A stretch of DNA of 64,000 bases from Xanthobacteraceae bacterium (GCA_035494115.1 DATJHH010000009.1:188470-252469), one strand, 5' to 3'; positions 8,585-17,954 are shown, counted from the stretch's first letter. The notes: a model not told the origin generated them from the letters alone. Translations and numbers: made by a program.

Positions 8585-9427
8585 ATGGATGTGGATCGGA
8601 GAGCCCTTTTTGAAAAGCTCGGCGGTGAGGAAAAAGTCGCTCGTATGAGCCACGAAGCGCGCGCGGACGCGCTCGAGGATTTCCAGACTGAAGCGCTGGA
8701 CAAAACCGTCGCCAGGAAAAATGCCGACCGCTATCCCACGGTCGCGGAACTAGCAAACCAGATCGACAAGCGCGATTTCCGGCGCGGCGAAGGCAAGCTT
8801 TTCTATCATCCGAATCATATCGCCAAAGGCGCGACCTATCAGGGCGCCACGGTGAAGCGTTTGCCGCCGATGCCCGAAAATCCGACCTTGACGGACTTCT
8901 TCAAGTTGCGGTTCGGTTCGGCAGCGCATCTGCTCCAGAGCGCCGCGCTCGCCAAGAGGAAGGGGCTATCGGAAGAAGTCGTGTTGGCTTGTCTGTTGCA
9001 CGACATGGGCTCCTATTTGATGAAAGCCGAGCACGGCTATTACGGCGCTCAGATCATCGAGCCATACGTTTCCGAAAAGGTGACGTTCGCCGTGCGCTAT
9101 CACCAGGCGCTGAGATTTTTTCCCGATCCGTCTGTCGGCTACGAATATCCCGTCGGGTACTACAAGACGTTCGGCGTTGATTATGAACCGACGCCCTACA
9201 TCACGGCGGAATATGAGTTCGCGCGCAATCACACATGGTATATGGAAGCGCGCCTAGTCACGATGAACGACCTCTACGCATTCGACCCCAATGCCGTGGT
9301 CTATCTGGAAGAGTTCGAGGATATCATCGGCCGCCACTGGAAAAACCCAAAAGAGGGGTTGGGCTACGATCATACGCCGGTCAGCCACATGTGGCGCGCG
9401 ATGATCAATCCCGACGCGCCTCTATAA
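8585..9427 (+). CDS. HD-domain protein, uncharacterised family (paralogue of 59399..60241)
   Basis: 280 aa. AAHLLQ (H115), LLHD (H139 D140), AEHGYYG (H150), RYHQ (H173), MND (D229). Last gene of the operon. Confidence 0.6.
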   Translation: MDVDRRALFEKLGGEEKVARMSHEARADALEDFQTEALDKTVARKNADRYPTVAELANQIDKRDFRRGEGKLFYHPNHIAKGATYQGATVKRLPPMPENPTLTDFFKLRFGSAAHLLQSAALAKRKGLSEEVVLACLLHDMGSYLMKAEHGYYGAQIIEPYVSEKVTFAVRYHQALRFFPDPSVGYEYPVGYYKTFGVDYEPTPYITAEYEFARNHTWYMEARLVTMNDLYAFDPNAVVYLEEFEDIIGRHWKNPKEGLGYDHTPVSHMWRAMINPDAPL

Positions 9428-9502
9428 GCGGTCCGTTCTTGTCATCTGGGACCGGCGTTGGCGCGCATTCTGCAAGATAATCTTCAGATACCCGTGGTGT
9501 TG

Positions 9503-9520
9503 CTGTCATCGCACCGTTGT
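9503..9520. promoter_or_regulatory. Weak candidate Pho box upstream of btaA
   Basis: CTGTCAT-CGCA-CCGTTGT. The first half-site is perfect; the second matches 4/7 of CTGTCAT. It lies ~145 bp upstream of the ATG at 9663. Confidence 0.2.
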
Positions 9521-9662
9521 ATTCGCGGCCTAGCCGTCGTGGCGTGACGCGAGAGCGATTCGCGTCGGCAACAACGGGTGCCCGCATGATCCTGCTTGTG
9601 GCGGCAATCAGCCGGCTTTGCGCGTGGCTCTTTCAATCCACGGACACAGGCCGGGGCGCACG

Positions 9663-10904
9663 ATGATTGCGACGAATCCAGCAAGGCGGTTGAAGGAGAC
9701 CGTGGGCTGCAAGGCTCGCCTCTCGCGTGACAGCCTGCTGCATCACCTGTTCGCTCACGCTTTCAAGGGCCTCGTCTATCCGCAGATCTGGGAGGACCCG
9801 GAGGTGGACATGGAGGCGCTGGCGATCGCGCCCGACCATCATGTCGTCGCTATCGCATCGGGCGGTTGCAATATCTTGTCGTACCTCACGGCCGACCCAC
9901 GAAAAATCACGGCGCTCGATCTCAGCCCCTCGCATGTTGCGCTCGTCCGTCTCAAGCTTGCGGCTGCGGCCCATCTGCCGACATGGGACGGGTTTTATCG
10001 CTTCCTCGGCGACGCCGATGAAACTGCCAACATCGACGCCTATCGTCTGCATCTGCGCGACCGGCTCGATGCCGAGACGCGCGCCTATTGGGATCGGCGC
10101 CGCGCTTTTGGGCTGGGCCGGCCGCGCATCGCGATGTTTTCCGAAAATGTCTACCGGCATGGATTGCTCGGCCGCTTCATTGGCTTCGGTCATGCCGTTG
10201 CCAGACTTTACGGGATCAAACCGAAGACGTTTCTTGGCGCGCGCTCTCTCGAAGAACAACGCCAGTTCTTCGACGTGACCGTCGCGCCGCTATTCGACAA
10301 GCCACTGGTCCGCTGGGCAACGTCTCAACGCCTGTCGCTTTACGGTCTCGGCATTCCGCCGGCTCAATATGAAGTTCTCGCAGGCGGGGCCGCCATGGCC
10401 GATGTGTTGCGCGACCGGTTGCGTAAGCTCACCTGCGACTTCAGCCTCGATGACAATTATTTTGCCTGGCAGGCTTTTGGACGCGGCTATGGCAAGCGTG
10501 CGACGGCGCCGCTTCCGCCCTATCTCAAGCGCACTCATTTCGAGAGCGTGCGGACGCGGGCAGGGCGGGTCGAGGTCAAAAATTGTGCCTTCACGGAATA
10601 TCTCGCGCAGCAGGCGGCGCAATCCGTCGATCGTTTCGTGCTGCTTGATGCCCAGGACTGGATGACGGACGCGCAGCTCAACGCGCTCTGGCAGGAAATC
10701 ACACGAACGGCGCGGCCGGGCGCACGGGTTATCTTTCGCACCGCCGCGGCACCAAGCCTTTTGCCCGGACGCGTCGATGAGCGCGTCCTCATGCAATGGC
10801 ATTATGAGGAAACGGCATCGCGCGCATTCACGGCGCGCGACCGCTCTGCGATCTATGGCGGCTTCCACCTCTATATTCACAAAGGCAACGGGCAAGAGCC
10901 ATGA
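9663..10904 (+). CDS. btaA: S-adenosylmethionine:diacylglycerol 3-amino-3-carboxypropyl transferase (BtaA, DUF3419 family)
   Basis: ATG at 9663 chosen over TTG at 9618. VYPQIWEDPEVDMEAL signature and ~413 aa. ATGA-coupled to a 210-aa SAM methyltransferase. Confidence 0.75.
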   Translation: MIATNPARRLKETVGCKARLSRDSLLHHLFAHAFKGLVYPQIWEDPEVDMEALAIAPDHHVVAIASGGCNILSYLTADPRKITALDLSPSHVALVRLKLAAAAHLPTWDGFYRFLGDADETANIDAYRLHLRDRLDAETRAYWDRRRAFGLGRPRIAMFSENVYRHGLLGRFIGFGHAVARLYGIKPKTFLGARSLEEQRQFFDVTVAPLFDKPLVRWATSQRLSLYGLGIPPAQYEVLAGGAAMADVLRDRLRKLTCDFSLDDNYFAWQAFGRGYGKRATAPLPPYLKRTHFESVRTRAGRVEVKNCAFTEYLAQQAAQSVDRFVLLDAQDWMTDAQLNALWQEITRTARPGARVIFRTAAAPSLLPGRVDERVLMQWHYEETASRAFTARDRSAIYGGFHLYIHKGNGQEP

Positions 10905-11533
10905 CTGATGCAGCCCTGTCGATGGATCGGATGTATCGCCGCCAGCGGCATGTCTATGATCTCACGCGCAAATATTATCTGCTCGGACGCGATCGCATGA
11001 TCGACGGGCTCGACGCCAGACCCGGCCATCGCGTGCTCGAGATCGGTTGCGGCACCGGGCGCAATCTCATCCAGGCAGCGCGGCGCCATCCGCAGGCGCT
11101 GTTCAACGGCATTGATGTCTCGCGTGAGATGCTTGCATCGGCCGACGGCGCGATCGTTCGTGCCGGCATGACGAGCCGTATCGCGGTCGCGTGTGCGGAC
11201 GCAACGCATGACAATCCGGCGCGGCTCTGGGACCTCGATGGCTTCGACAGGATTTTCATCTCCTATACGTTGTCGATGATTCCGCAATGGCGCGCCGTCG
11301 TCCGTCATTCTCTCGCTGCGCTCAATGCCGGTGGGACGTTGCACATTGTTGATTTCGGTGGCCAGGAGGCGCTCCCGTCCTGGTTTCGTGCTGGTCTGCG
11401 CCACTGGCTCGGCCTGTTCGACGTCAGGCCGTGCGACGACCTCGAACAGGTGCTCGCGGCGCATGCGGGCGCGGGGCTGATTTTCGAGCGGCCGTTTGGC
11501 GGCTATGCGCAGAACGCCATTATGAGGCGCTAG
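10901..11533 (+). CDS. btaB: SAM-dependent N-methyltransferase of betaine-lipid (DGTS) synthesis (BtaB-like)
   Basis: 210 aa with the VLEIGCGTGRNL SAM-binding motif. Its start overlaps the btaA stop (ATGA). Confidence 0.7.
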   Translation: MTDAALSMDRMYRRQRHVYDLTRKYYLLGRDRMIDGLDARPGHRVLEIGCGTGRNLIQAARRHPQALFNGIDVSREMLASADGAIVRAGMTSRIAVACADATHDNPARLWDLDGFDRIFISYTLSMIPQWRAVVRHSLAALNAGGTLHIVDFGGQEALPSWFRAGLRHWLGLFDVRPCDDLEQVLAAHAGAGLIFERPFGGYAQNAIMRR

Positions 11534-11627
11534 AGCATTCCGCTTTTTTCCGAATCGCAGAAATGCCCTTGTTCTTGCGCAATTCCGGACGGAAAACCGC
11601 TTCGCACTTTTTCTGGAATTGCTCTAG
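11530..11627. repeat. 98-bp palindromic intergenic element (REP/MITE-like)
   Basis: Termini CTAGAGCATTCC ... GGAATTGCTCTAG are inverted repeats. The interior shares a 20-nt exact match (reverse orientation, 11592-11611) with 24810-24829. The btaB stop lies in the left arm. Confidence 0.55.
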
Positions 11628-11645
11628 TGGCGCGGGATGGTGCCG

Positions 11646-14600
11646 TCATTCATCGAGCGCGCTGCGGACTTTTGCAGCGAGCTGTTCGATGCTGAACGGC
11701 TTGGGCAGGAAATTCGTGCCGGGATCGAGTATGCCGTTGTGGACGACGGCGTTGCGCGTATAGCCGGTGGTGAACAGTACTTTCAGGGTTGGAAGCGCCT
11801 TGATGGCGTGGTCGGCGAGCTGCCGCCCGGTCATTCCCGGCATCACCACATCGGTGAACAGCAGCGTCACGTCCTGTCCTGCTTCGATCATGCGCAGCGC
11901 CTCGGTGCCGCTCGACGCGTGCACGACCGTGTAGCCGAGGTCGCGCAGCGCCTCGACTGAATAGCCGCGGACGCGATCCTCGTCCTCGACGACGAGGACG
12001 ATCTCGTTCACGTCTCCACTTGGTGCGGCGGTCGTCGTGCGCCTTTGCGCGACCGGTTCGGCCTCGCCATGGAATCGCGGCAGGTAGATTTTCACCGCCG
12101 TGCCGCGCTTGATTTCCGAATAGATCTTCACCTGTCCACCCGACTGGCGGATGAAGCCAAAAACTTGGCTAAGGCCAAGGCCGGTGCCCTTGCCGACGCC
12201 CTTCGTCGTGAAAAATGGATCGAACGCCTTGGCGACCACATCGGGCTTCATACCCACGCCGGTGTCGCTGACGGCGATCTGCACATATTCTCCCGCTGCA
12301 ACGGCGAACTCCCGGGCATAGTACTCGTCGAGATGGATATTCGCGGTTTCGATGGTCAGCCGGCCGCCTTCGGGCATGGCGTCGCGCGCATTGACCGAGA
12401 GGTTGAGGATCGCGCTTTCGAGTTGGATCGGATCGGCATGGGTTTTCCAGAGACCGGGGAAGAGAACGGTCTCGACCCGGATGGCTTCACCGAGCGTGCG
12501 TGTCAAAAGCTCCGTCATGCCGGAGACCATGCTGTTGGCGTCGACCGGTTCGGGCGCCAGCGGTTGCTGCCGCGAAAAGGCAAGCAGCCGCTGGGTCAAG
12601 GCCGCCGCGCGCGTCGCACCCTCCATGGCCGCATCGATATAGCGGCTGACATTGGTGTCGCCGCGCGCAAGCCGGCGTTGCAACAGATTGAGGCCGCCGA
12701 TGACCACGGCAAGCATGTTGTTGAAGTCGTGCGCGATGCCGCCTGTGAGTTGGCCGACAGCCTCCATTTTTTGCGCCTGCCGCAGTTGCTCTTCGGCTTT
12801 GATGCGGCTGGTCGTCTCCACGGCTTCCGGCACGATGGCGATGACGACGTTCTGCTGGTTCTTTACCGGACGCAGCGAAAAGTCGAACGAGCGCTTGCCC
12901 GTCGGAAGATCGACGGTGAGCGGCGTTTGAATCGTTTCCCCGCCGGCGACTTTCGCGACCGCGCGGCGAACCATTTCGGGCACGCCGGGCGTGCCGGAAA
13001 ACCACCCTGCCTCCCAGAGCGGCTTGCCGATCACGTCCTCGAGCGTGGATTCGATCCCGGCAAGGGAGGACGCGTTGGCGTCGAGGATCGTGCCGTCCGG
13101 GTTGAGCAGGCCCTGATAGATGAAACTCGTCTCGAACATCGTGCGCTGTCGTGTCGCGCTTGCACGCAGGGCTTCGACCGCTTTTGACAGTTCGCCCGTT
13201 CGCTCTCTTACCTGCGTTGCCAGCGAGGCATTCAGCGCGCGCAGAGCATGCTGGGCGCGGGCGCGCTCGGCTGCATCCCAGGTGCGTTGCGCGACGTCTT
13301 CGACGAGGGCAACGTCTGCCGTGGACCAGCGCCGCGGTTTTTGTTCATGCAGATAGAGGATGGCGCGCAGCAGCCCGTCGCTGATCAGCGGTACGACGAT
13401 GAGGGCGCGGCAACCGATGCTGTCCCAGGCTGCGGCATAGGCCGCGCCTGCGCGCGGGTCGGTATGGCAGTCTTCGACGACGAGCGTGCGGCCGGTGCGC
13501 AATGTGGCGATCGCTGCCGGCCCGAATCCTTCGAGACTGCGTGTTTCGCCGCCGAGACTGGCCACGGTATCATCGCGCGTCCAATCGCGTTCGATATGGA
13601 CGAATTCGCCGGTCTCGTCGATCTCGCCATAGCCGGCACGGGCGCCGCCGATATGGGTGCCGAGCAATCCGGCGGCCACGAGCGTTGCCGTGGCAGGATC
13701 CGAGGTCGCGCGCAGCCGATCGTTGAGCGTCAGGAGAAAAGCCTGCCGTTCATCGGCGATCTTCAACTCGTGCACGTCCGTGCAGGTGCCGAACCAGCGC
13801 ACGATCAGTCCGGCGTTGTCGCGAACCGGCTGCGCGCGAGCCAGAACCCAGCGATAATTGCCGGTACGATGCCGCAGCCGGTATTCGATGTGGTAGGGCT
13901 CGCCGGTCGCCAGACATTGCCGCCACAACTTATCGGCGCGGTCCCTGTCGTCGGCGTGAAGCAGCGCATTCAGGCCGCCGCTATCGGTCGAACCGGGCGG
14001 CGCGTCCGTGTATTCGTACCAGCGGTCGTTGAAATAATCGTGGAACCCGTCCGGTCGCGTCGACCAGATCAACTGATCGATTGAGTTCGTGATGGCACGA
14101 AAGCGAATTTCGCTTTCGTGAAGCGCCATTGTCGCCTTGCGCGTCGCCGTCACGTCCACATTGACGCCGATCATGCCGAGGAATTCACCGCTTGGGCTGA
14201 AGCGCGGTTGTGCTTCGGTCGCCATGATGCGCCATTCGCCATCGGCGCGCCGGCTGCGCGCCTCGATGGAAAATCCGCTGTGCGTCTGCATGCTGTGATT
14301 GAAGGGCTCGAGCAGCACCAGACGATCGTCGGGATACAGCGTGCTGCTCCAGTCGAATGTCGCGACCGCGTCCTCGCTGACGCCCCAGAAGGCGCGCTGG
14401 GCACGGTTGAGATAGACGCATTTTCCATCGCGGTCGCCCATCCAGAGCATCACGGGAGCGCTCTCGGCCACGAGACGAAAGCGCTCCTCGCTTTCGCGCA
14501 ATATCTCTTCGGATTTCTTTCGTTGCGTGATGTCGACGACGACGCCGATGAAACGCGTGCAGACGCCATGGTCGAATGTCGCCTGGCCCTGGGTGCCGAG

Positions 14601-16553
14601 CCAGCGCTCGACGCCGTCCTGCAATCCGATTGTCCGATACTCCTCGACGATCCGGCCTGAGCTTCGCGGATCGGTTGCGCCGCGCACGGCCGCGTGCAGG
14701 CGATCACGATCGTCGGGATGGCAGCCGTCAAGGAACGTGTCGTAGGTGACCGTCGCGTCGGGACCGAGGCCGAACAGCGCCTTGCAGCGGTCGTCCCAGA
14801 TCAACTCGCCCGTCGGAGGAAAGTAGCTCCATACGCCGACACGAGCGGCCTCAAGCGCGAGGCGTTTGTGCATTTCGCTTTCGCGCAAGGCGTCTTCGGC
14901 GAGTTTGCGCTTCGTGATGTCGAAGCTGATGCCGGAAAAGCGTAGCGGTGTGCCGTCTGCCCCGAGTGTGCAGCGCCCTTGGGCGGCGACCCAGCACTCC
15001 GTTCCATCCGACTGAACGAGACGGTACTCTTCGGAAAAGGCGTTGCCTGTCTGCATCGCGGTAGCGATGGCCTGTTGCACGCGCTGAATATCGTCAGGGT
15101 GAATGCCGCGGAAAAAATCCGAGATCGACGCGCCGGCCGACGCGGCACGCGCATCGACACCATAGAGGTGCGCAAACCGTGCATCGGCGGTGACGCGGTC
15201 GTTGACGATGTCCCAGTCCCAGGTGCCGATGCTGTTCGATGCCGATAGTGCAAGCTGAAGACGTTCTTCGCTTTTGTGCAGGGCCGTGCGCGCCCGCGCG
15301 CGCTCGTCGATGTCTTCCGTTGTGCCGTACCAGCGGCGGACCGCGCCGGTTTTCGGATCGCGCCATGGCACAGCGCGTGATCGCACCCAGCAATAGCTGC
15401 CGTCAGGCATGCGGACACGGTGATCGATGTCGTAAGGTTCGCCGCTTGCGATCGATTGTGCCCAGGCTTTTTCCAGGTCTGGGCGGTCGTCGGGATGGGT
15501 TGCTTGCGCCCATCCTCCGGAGCGAGCCTGATCGCGCGTCAGACCGGTCAGCAAGAGACCACGGTCGCTGAAGTCGATGATCCGGCCTTGCGCGTCGGCG
15601 GTCCATGGCAATTGCGGATTGAGTTCGAGGATCCGGCGCAGCTCTGCTTCGCTCTCGCGCAAAGCGGCTTCGGCGCGCGCGCGTTCGGTGACGTCGGTCG
15701 CCGCCACGAAAATACCCGTCGTGCAGCCTGTTGCATCCTTGATCGGCTGATAGACGAAATCGAGAAGGCGTTCTTCGGGTGCGGCTCCCGCGTCATGCTG
15801 GAGAACCACGGACACCGATTTTCCAATATGGGGCTCGCCACTCCGATAAACCTGATCAAGCAGATCGATGAATCCCTGGTCCACCATTTCCGGCAGCGCG
15901 TCGGCGACGGACTTGCCGATCACGTCGCGGTTTCCGATCAGAGCACGATGGGCGTCATTGGTGATTTCGAAGATGTGCGTCGGTCCACGCAACAGCGCCA
16001 CGGCTCCCGGCGCCTGGACGAACATGTCGCGCAGTCGCGCGATCTCGTCTTCGCGGTCGCGGCGGGTGACGACCTGCGCTGTCGTCTCGTGACCCTGATT
16101 GAAAATGCCGAGGATGGTTCCGTCATCGGCGCGGATCGGCGTGAAGCTGTAATTCCAGTACGTTTCCTCGACACGGCCGCTGCGCTGCATCGGCAGCAAC
16201 TGGTCGAAGGCGGAGAATCCTTCACCCGTTTCAAAGACCTGCCTGAACTGCGGGGCAATGACATCCCAGATGTCGGGCCAGACCTCCTGCGCCAGGCGGC
16301 CGAGAGCCCAAGGATGCTTCTCAGCCGGCACCGGAGACCACGCATCGTTATAGAGCAGGCACAGGTTGGGGCCCCAATAAATGGCCGTCGGAATGCTCGA
16401 ATGCAGACAGATGCTCAATGCTGCGCGCAGCGGCTGCGGCCAGGTGTCTGGTGCGCCGAGCTGCGTCGCAGTCCAATCATGGGCCCGGATGCGCGCGCCC
16501 ATTGCGCCGCCGCCGTTCAAGAAAGGCTCTTGCGAGAAAGTATCGGCTTTCAA
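11646..16553 (-). CDS. Multi-PAS/GAF hybrid sensor histidine kinase with C-terminal receiver domain
   Basis: 1635 aa. Many PAS/PAC-like repeats (recurrent W..G...DITERK/DVTATRK/DITQRKK ends) and a GAF-like segment. HisKA H-box GGIAHDFNN, HATPase_c (DTGVGM, GTGLGLS) and REC (VLVVEDED...DVVMPGM...K). Confidence 0.9.
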   Translation of the reverse strand: MKADTFSQEPFLNGGGAMGARIRAHDWTATQLGAPDTWPQPLRAALSICLHSSIPTAIYWGPNLCLLYNDAWSPVPAEKHPWALGRLAQEVWPDIWDVIAPQFRQVFETGEGFSAFDQLLPMQRSGRVEETYWNYSFTPIRADDGTILGIFNQGHETTAQVVTRRDREDEIARLRDMFVQAPGAVALLRGPTHIFEITNDAHRALIGNRDVIGKSVADALPEMVDQGFIDLLDQVYRSGEPHIGKSVSVVLQHDAGAAPEERLLDFVYQPIKDATGCTTGIFVAATDVTERARAEAALRESEAELRRILELNPQLPWTADAQGRIIDFSDRGLLLTGLTRDQARSGGWAQATHPDDRPDLEKAWAQSIASGEPYDIDHRVRMPDGSYCWVRSRAVPWRDPKTGAVRRWYGTTEDIDERARARTALHKSEERLQLALSASNSIGTWDWDIVNDRVTADARFAHLYGVDARAASAGASISDFFRGIHPDDIQRVQQAIATAMQTGNAFSEEYRLVQSDGTECWVAAQGRCTLGADGTPLRFSGISFDITKRKLAEDALRESEMHKRLALEAARVGVWSYFPPTGELIWDDRCKALFGLGPDATVTYDTFLDGCHPDDRDRLHAAVRGATDPRSSGRIVEEYRTIGLQDGVERWLGTQGQATFDHGVCTRFIGVVVDITQRKKSEEILRESEERFRLVAESAPVMLWMGDRDGKCVYLNRAQRAFWGVSEDAVATFDWSSTLYPDDRLVLLEPFNHSMQTHSGFSIEARSRRADGEWRIMATEAQPRFSPSGEFLGMIGVNVDVTATRKATMALHESEIRFRAITNSIDQLIWSTRPDGFHDYFNDRWYEYTDAPPGSTDSGGLNALLHADDRDRADKLWRQCLATGEPYHIEYRLRHRTGNYRWVLARAQPVRDNAGLIVRWFGTCTDVHELKIADERQAFLLTLNDRLRATSDPATATLVAAGLLGTHIGGARAGYGEIDETGEFVHIERDWTRDDTVASLGGETRSLEGFGPAAIATLRTGRTLVVEDCHTDPRAGAAYAAAWDSIGCRALIVVPLISDGLLRAILYLHEQKPRRWSTADVALVEDVAQRTWDAAERARAQHALRALNASLATQVRERTGELSKAVEALRASATRQRTMFETSFIYQGLLNPDGTILDANASSLAGIESTLEDVIGKPLWEAGWFSGTPGVPEMVRRAVAKVAGGETIQTPLTVDLPTGKRSFDFSLRPVKNQQNVVIAIVPEAVETTSRIKAEEQLRQAQKMEAVGQLTGGIAHDFNNMLAVVIGGLNLLQRRLARGDTNVSRYIDAAMEGATRAAALTQRLLAFSRQQPLAPEPVDANSMVSGMTELLTRTLGEAIRVETVLFPGLWKTHADPIQLESAILNLSVNARDAMPEGGRLTIETANIHLDEYYAREFAVAAGEYVQIAVSDTGVGMKPDVVAKAFDPFFTTKGVGKGTGLGLSQVFGFIRQSGGQVKIYSEIKRGTAVKIYLPRFHGEAEPVAQRRTTTAAPSGDVNEIVLVVEDEDRVRGYSVEALRDLGYTVVHASSGTEALRMIEAGQDVTLLFTDVVMPGMTGRQLADHAIKALPTLKVLFTTGYTRNAVVHNGILDPGTNFLPKPFSIEQLAAKVRSALDE

Positions 16554-16802
16554 TTGTCATCCCCGCGCCGTGCGACAGAGGGAACCGTGTCGCCCGCTGC
16601 GCAGCGTGTCAAGACATGACAAAGGTGGTGTGGCACGCCGGCATGGCATCGCCGCATGCGTCCGCTGCTGCATCACCATGCTGGGTCGGTCGATGAGCGA
16701 CCCAGCGGTGGTTGCTTTCGGGATCGGAATGCGTTCATCGTGGGTTGCAGGCTGCGGTCGTCATGCATGATCGCGCGTGCAAGAACCGGGAATAGACGCG
16801 CG

Positions 16803-17456
16803 ATGTCACTGACCCTGTATTTTCATCCGCTGTCGTCGTTCTGTCAAAAAGCGTTGATCGCGTTTTATGAAAACGATACGCCGTTCACGCCGCATCTGGT
16901 TGATCTCGGTAACGAAACCTCACGCGCAGATTTTCTGGCAGTCTGGCCGATCGGAAAATTTCCAGTGCTGCGCGACGCGGCGCGAGACGTCATCGTACCG
17001 GAAGCGACAGTGATCATCGAATATCTGGACCGGTTTTATCCGGGCCGGACGCGGCTCGTGCCCGACGCGGCCGATTCTATCTGGGACCTGCATGTGCGCG
17101 ACAGGTTCTTCGATCTTTATATCAATACAGTGGTGGGCAAGATCGTTACCGATCGACTGCGGCCGGACGGGGAGTGCGACACGTTCGGGGTTGCGCAGGC
17201 CAAAGCCCAGTTGCAGACGGCGCTCGACAGGGTCGAGCGCGACATGGCATCGCGCGTTTGGGCGATGGGAGACACCTTCACCATGGCCGACTGCGCGGCG
17301 GCTCCGGCCTTGTTCTACGCCGATCTCATCATGCCGTTTGGCGGCGCGCTGAAGAACACCGCTGCCTATCTCGATCGTCTCAAAGCACGCCCATCATATG
17401 CACGCGCGCTCAAAGAGGCCGAGCCGTTTCTCAAATTCGTGCCGCAAGAGAGCTGA
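16803..17456 (+). CDS. Glutathione S-transferase family protein
   Basis: Start at MSLTLYFHPLSSFCQK. Thioredoxin-like N-domain with VPEATVIIEYL and a helical C-domain. Confidence 0.85.
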   Translation: MSLTLYFHPLSSFCQKALIAFYENDTPFTPHLVDLGNETSRADFLAVWPIGKFPVLRDAARDVIVPEATVIIEYLDRFYPGRTRLVPDAADSIWDLHVRDRFFDLYINTVVGKIVTDRLRPDGECDTFGVAQAKAQLQTALDRVERDMASRVWAMGDTFTMADCAAAPALFYADLIMPFGGALKNTAAYLDRLKARPSYARALKEAEPFLKFVPQES

Positions 17457-17469
17457 TCTTTATTCCGCG

Positions 17470-17841
17470 CTAGCGGATGCGCGTCCATTCGGTGCTGCGG
17501 CAGATCACGCCGCCAGCAATGCATCCGCTCGTGGTCATGTGATTGCCGCTGAGTTTCATATCGGCGCTGAAATTCGCCCCGCGTTGCGGATCACGGCCGC
17601 TGCCCTTCCACGTATTCTGTCCCGCCGGCTTCAGGTTGAGAACGATATATTCGCCAACTTTTTCGCTGCTTCCCGGTTTGATCCAGGTGTTGGTCATACA
17701 CAAGGCCTTGCCGCACGACGCGACTTTTACACGGGCGACCCCGTCGCCGCGCTGCCACGCGCCTTTGGCGGCCTCTTGCGCGCGGGCGGCCGGGGCGGCG
17801 GTCGTCATTATCAACACCATCAACACCATGGCAGATCGCAT
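17470..17841 (-). CDS. DUF2147-like secreted protein
   Basis: ATG at 17841 follows AAGGAG. Signal peptide ends ARAQE. GAWQRGDG..VKVASCGKALC...SGCIAGGVICRSTEWTRI pattern. Confidence 0.7.
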   Translation of the reverse strand: MRSAMVLMVLIMTTAAPAARAQEAAKGAWQRGDGVARVKVASCGKALCMTNTWIKPGSSEKVGEYIVLNLKPAGQNTWKGSGRDPQRGANFSADMKLSGNHMTTSGCIAGGVICRSTEWTRIR

Positions 17842-17954
17842 CGAAGTCTCCTTGCGCGGCATGAACCCCGAACACTCTCTGTCTTGATACGCTCGAAACG
17901 CGCCGCCGGTTCACCGGCGACGCGATGCTCGGGGAAGTCTGAAGGCGCAAGAAA

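Noticed and set aside
12045-13187. Long antisense ORFs in high-GC genes (also 120..1550, 15420..16619, 23084..24181, 24934..26064, 29556..30713, 32128..33159, 61735..62562)
   Set aside because: Each fully overlaps a gene with clear family motifs on the other strand. Their translations are Arg/Ala/Gly/Pro-rich shadows typical of high-GC DNA.
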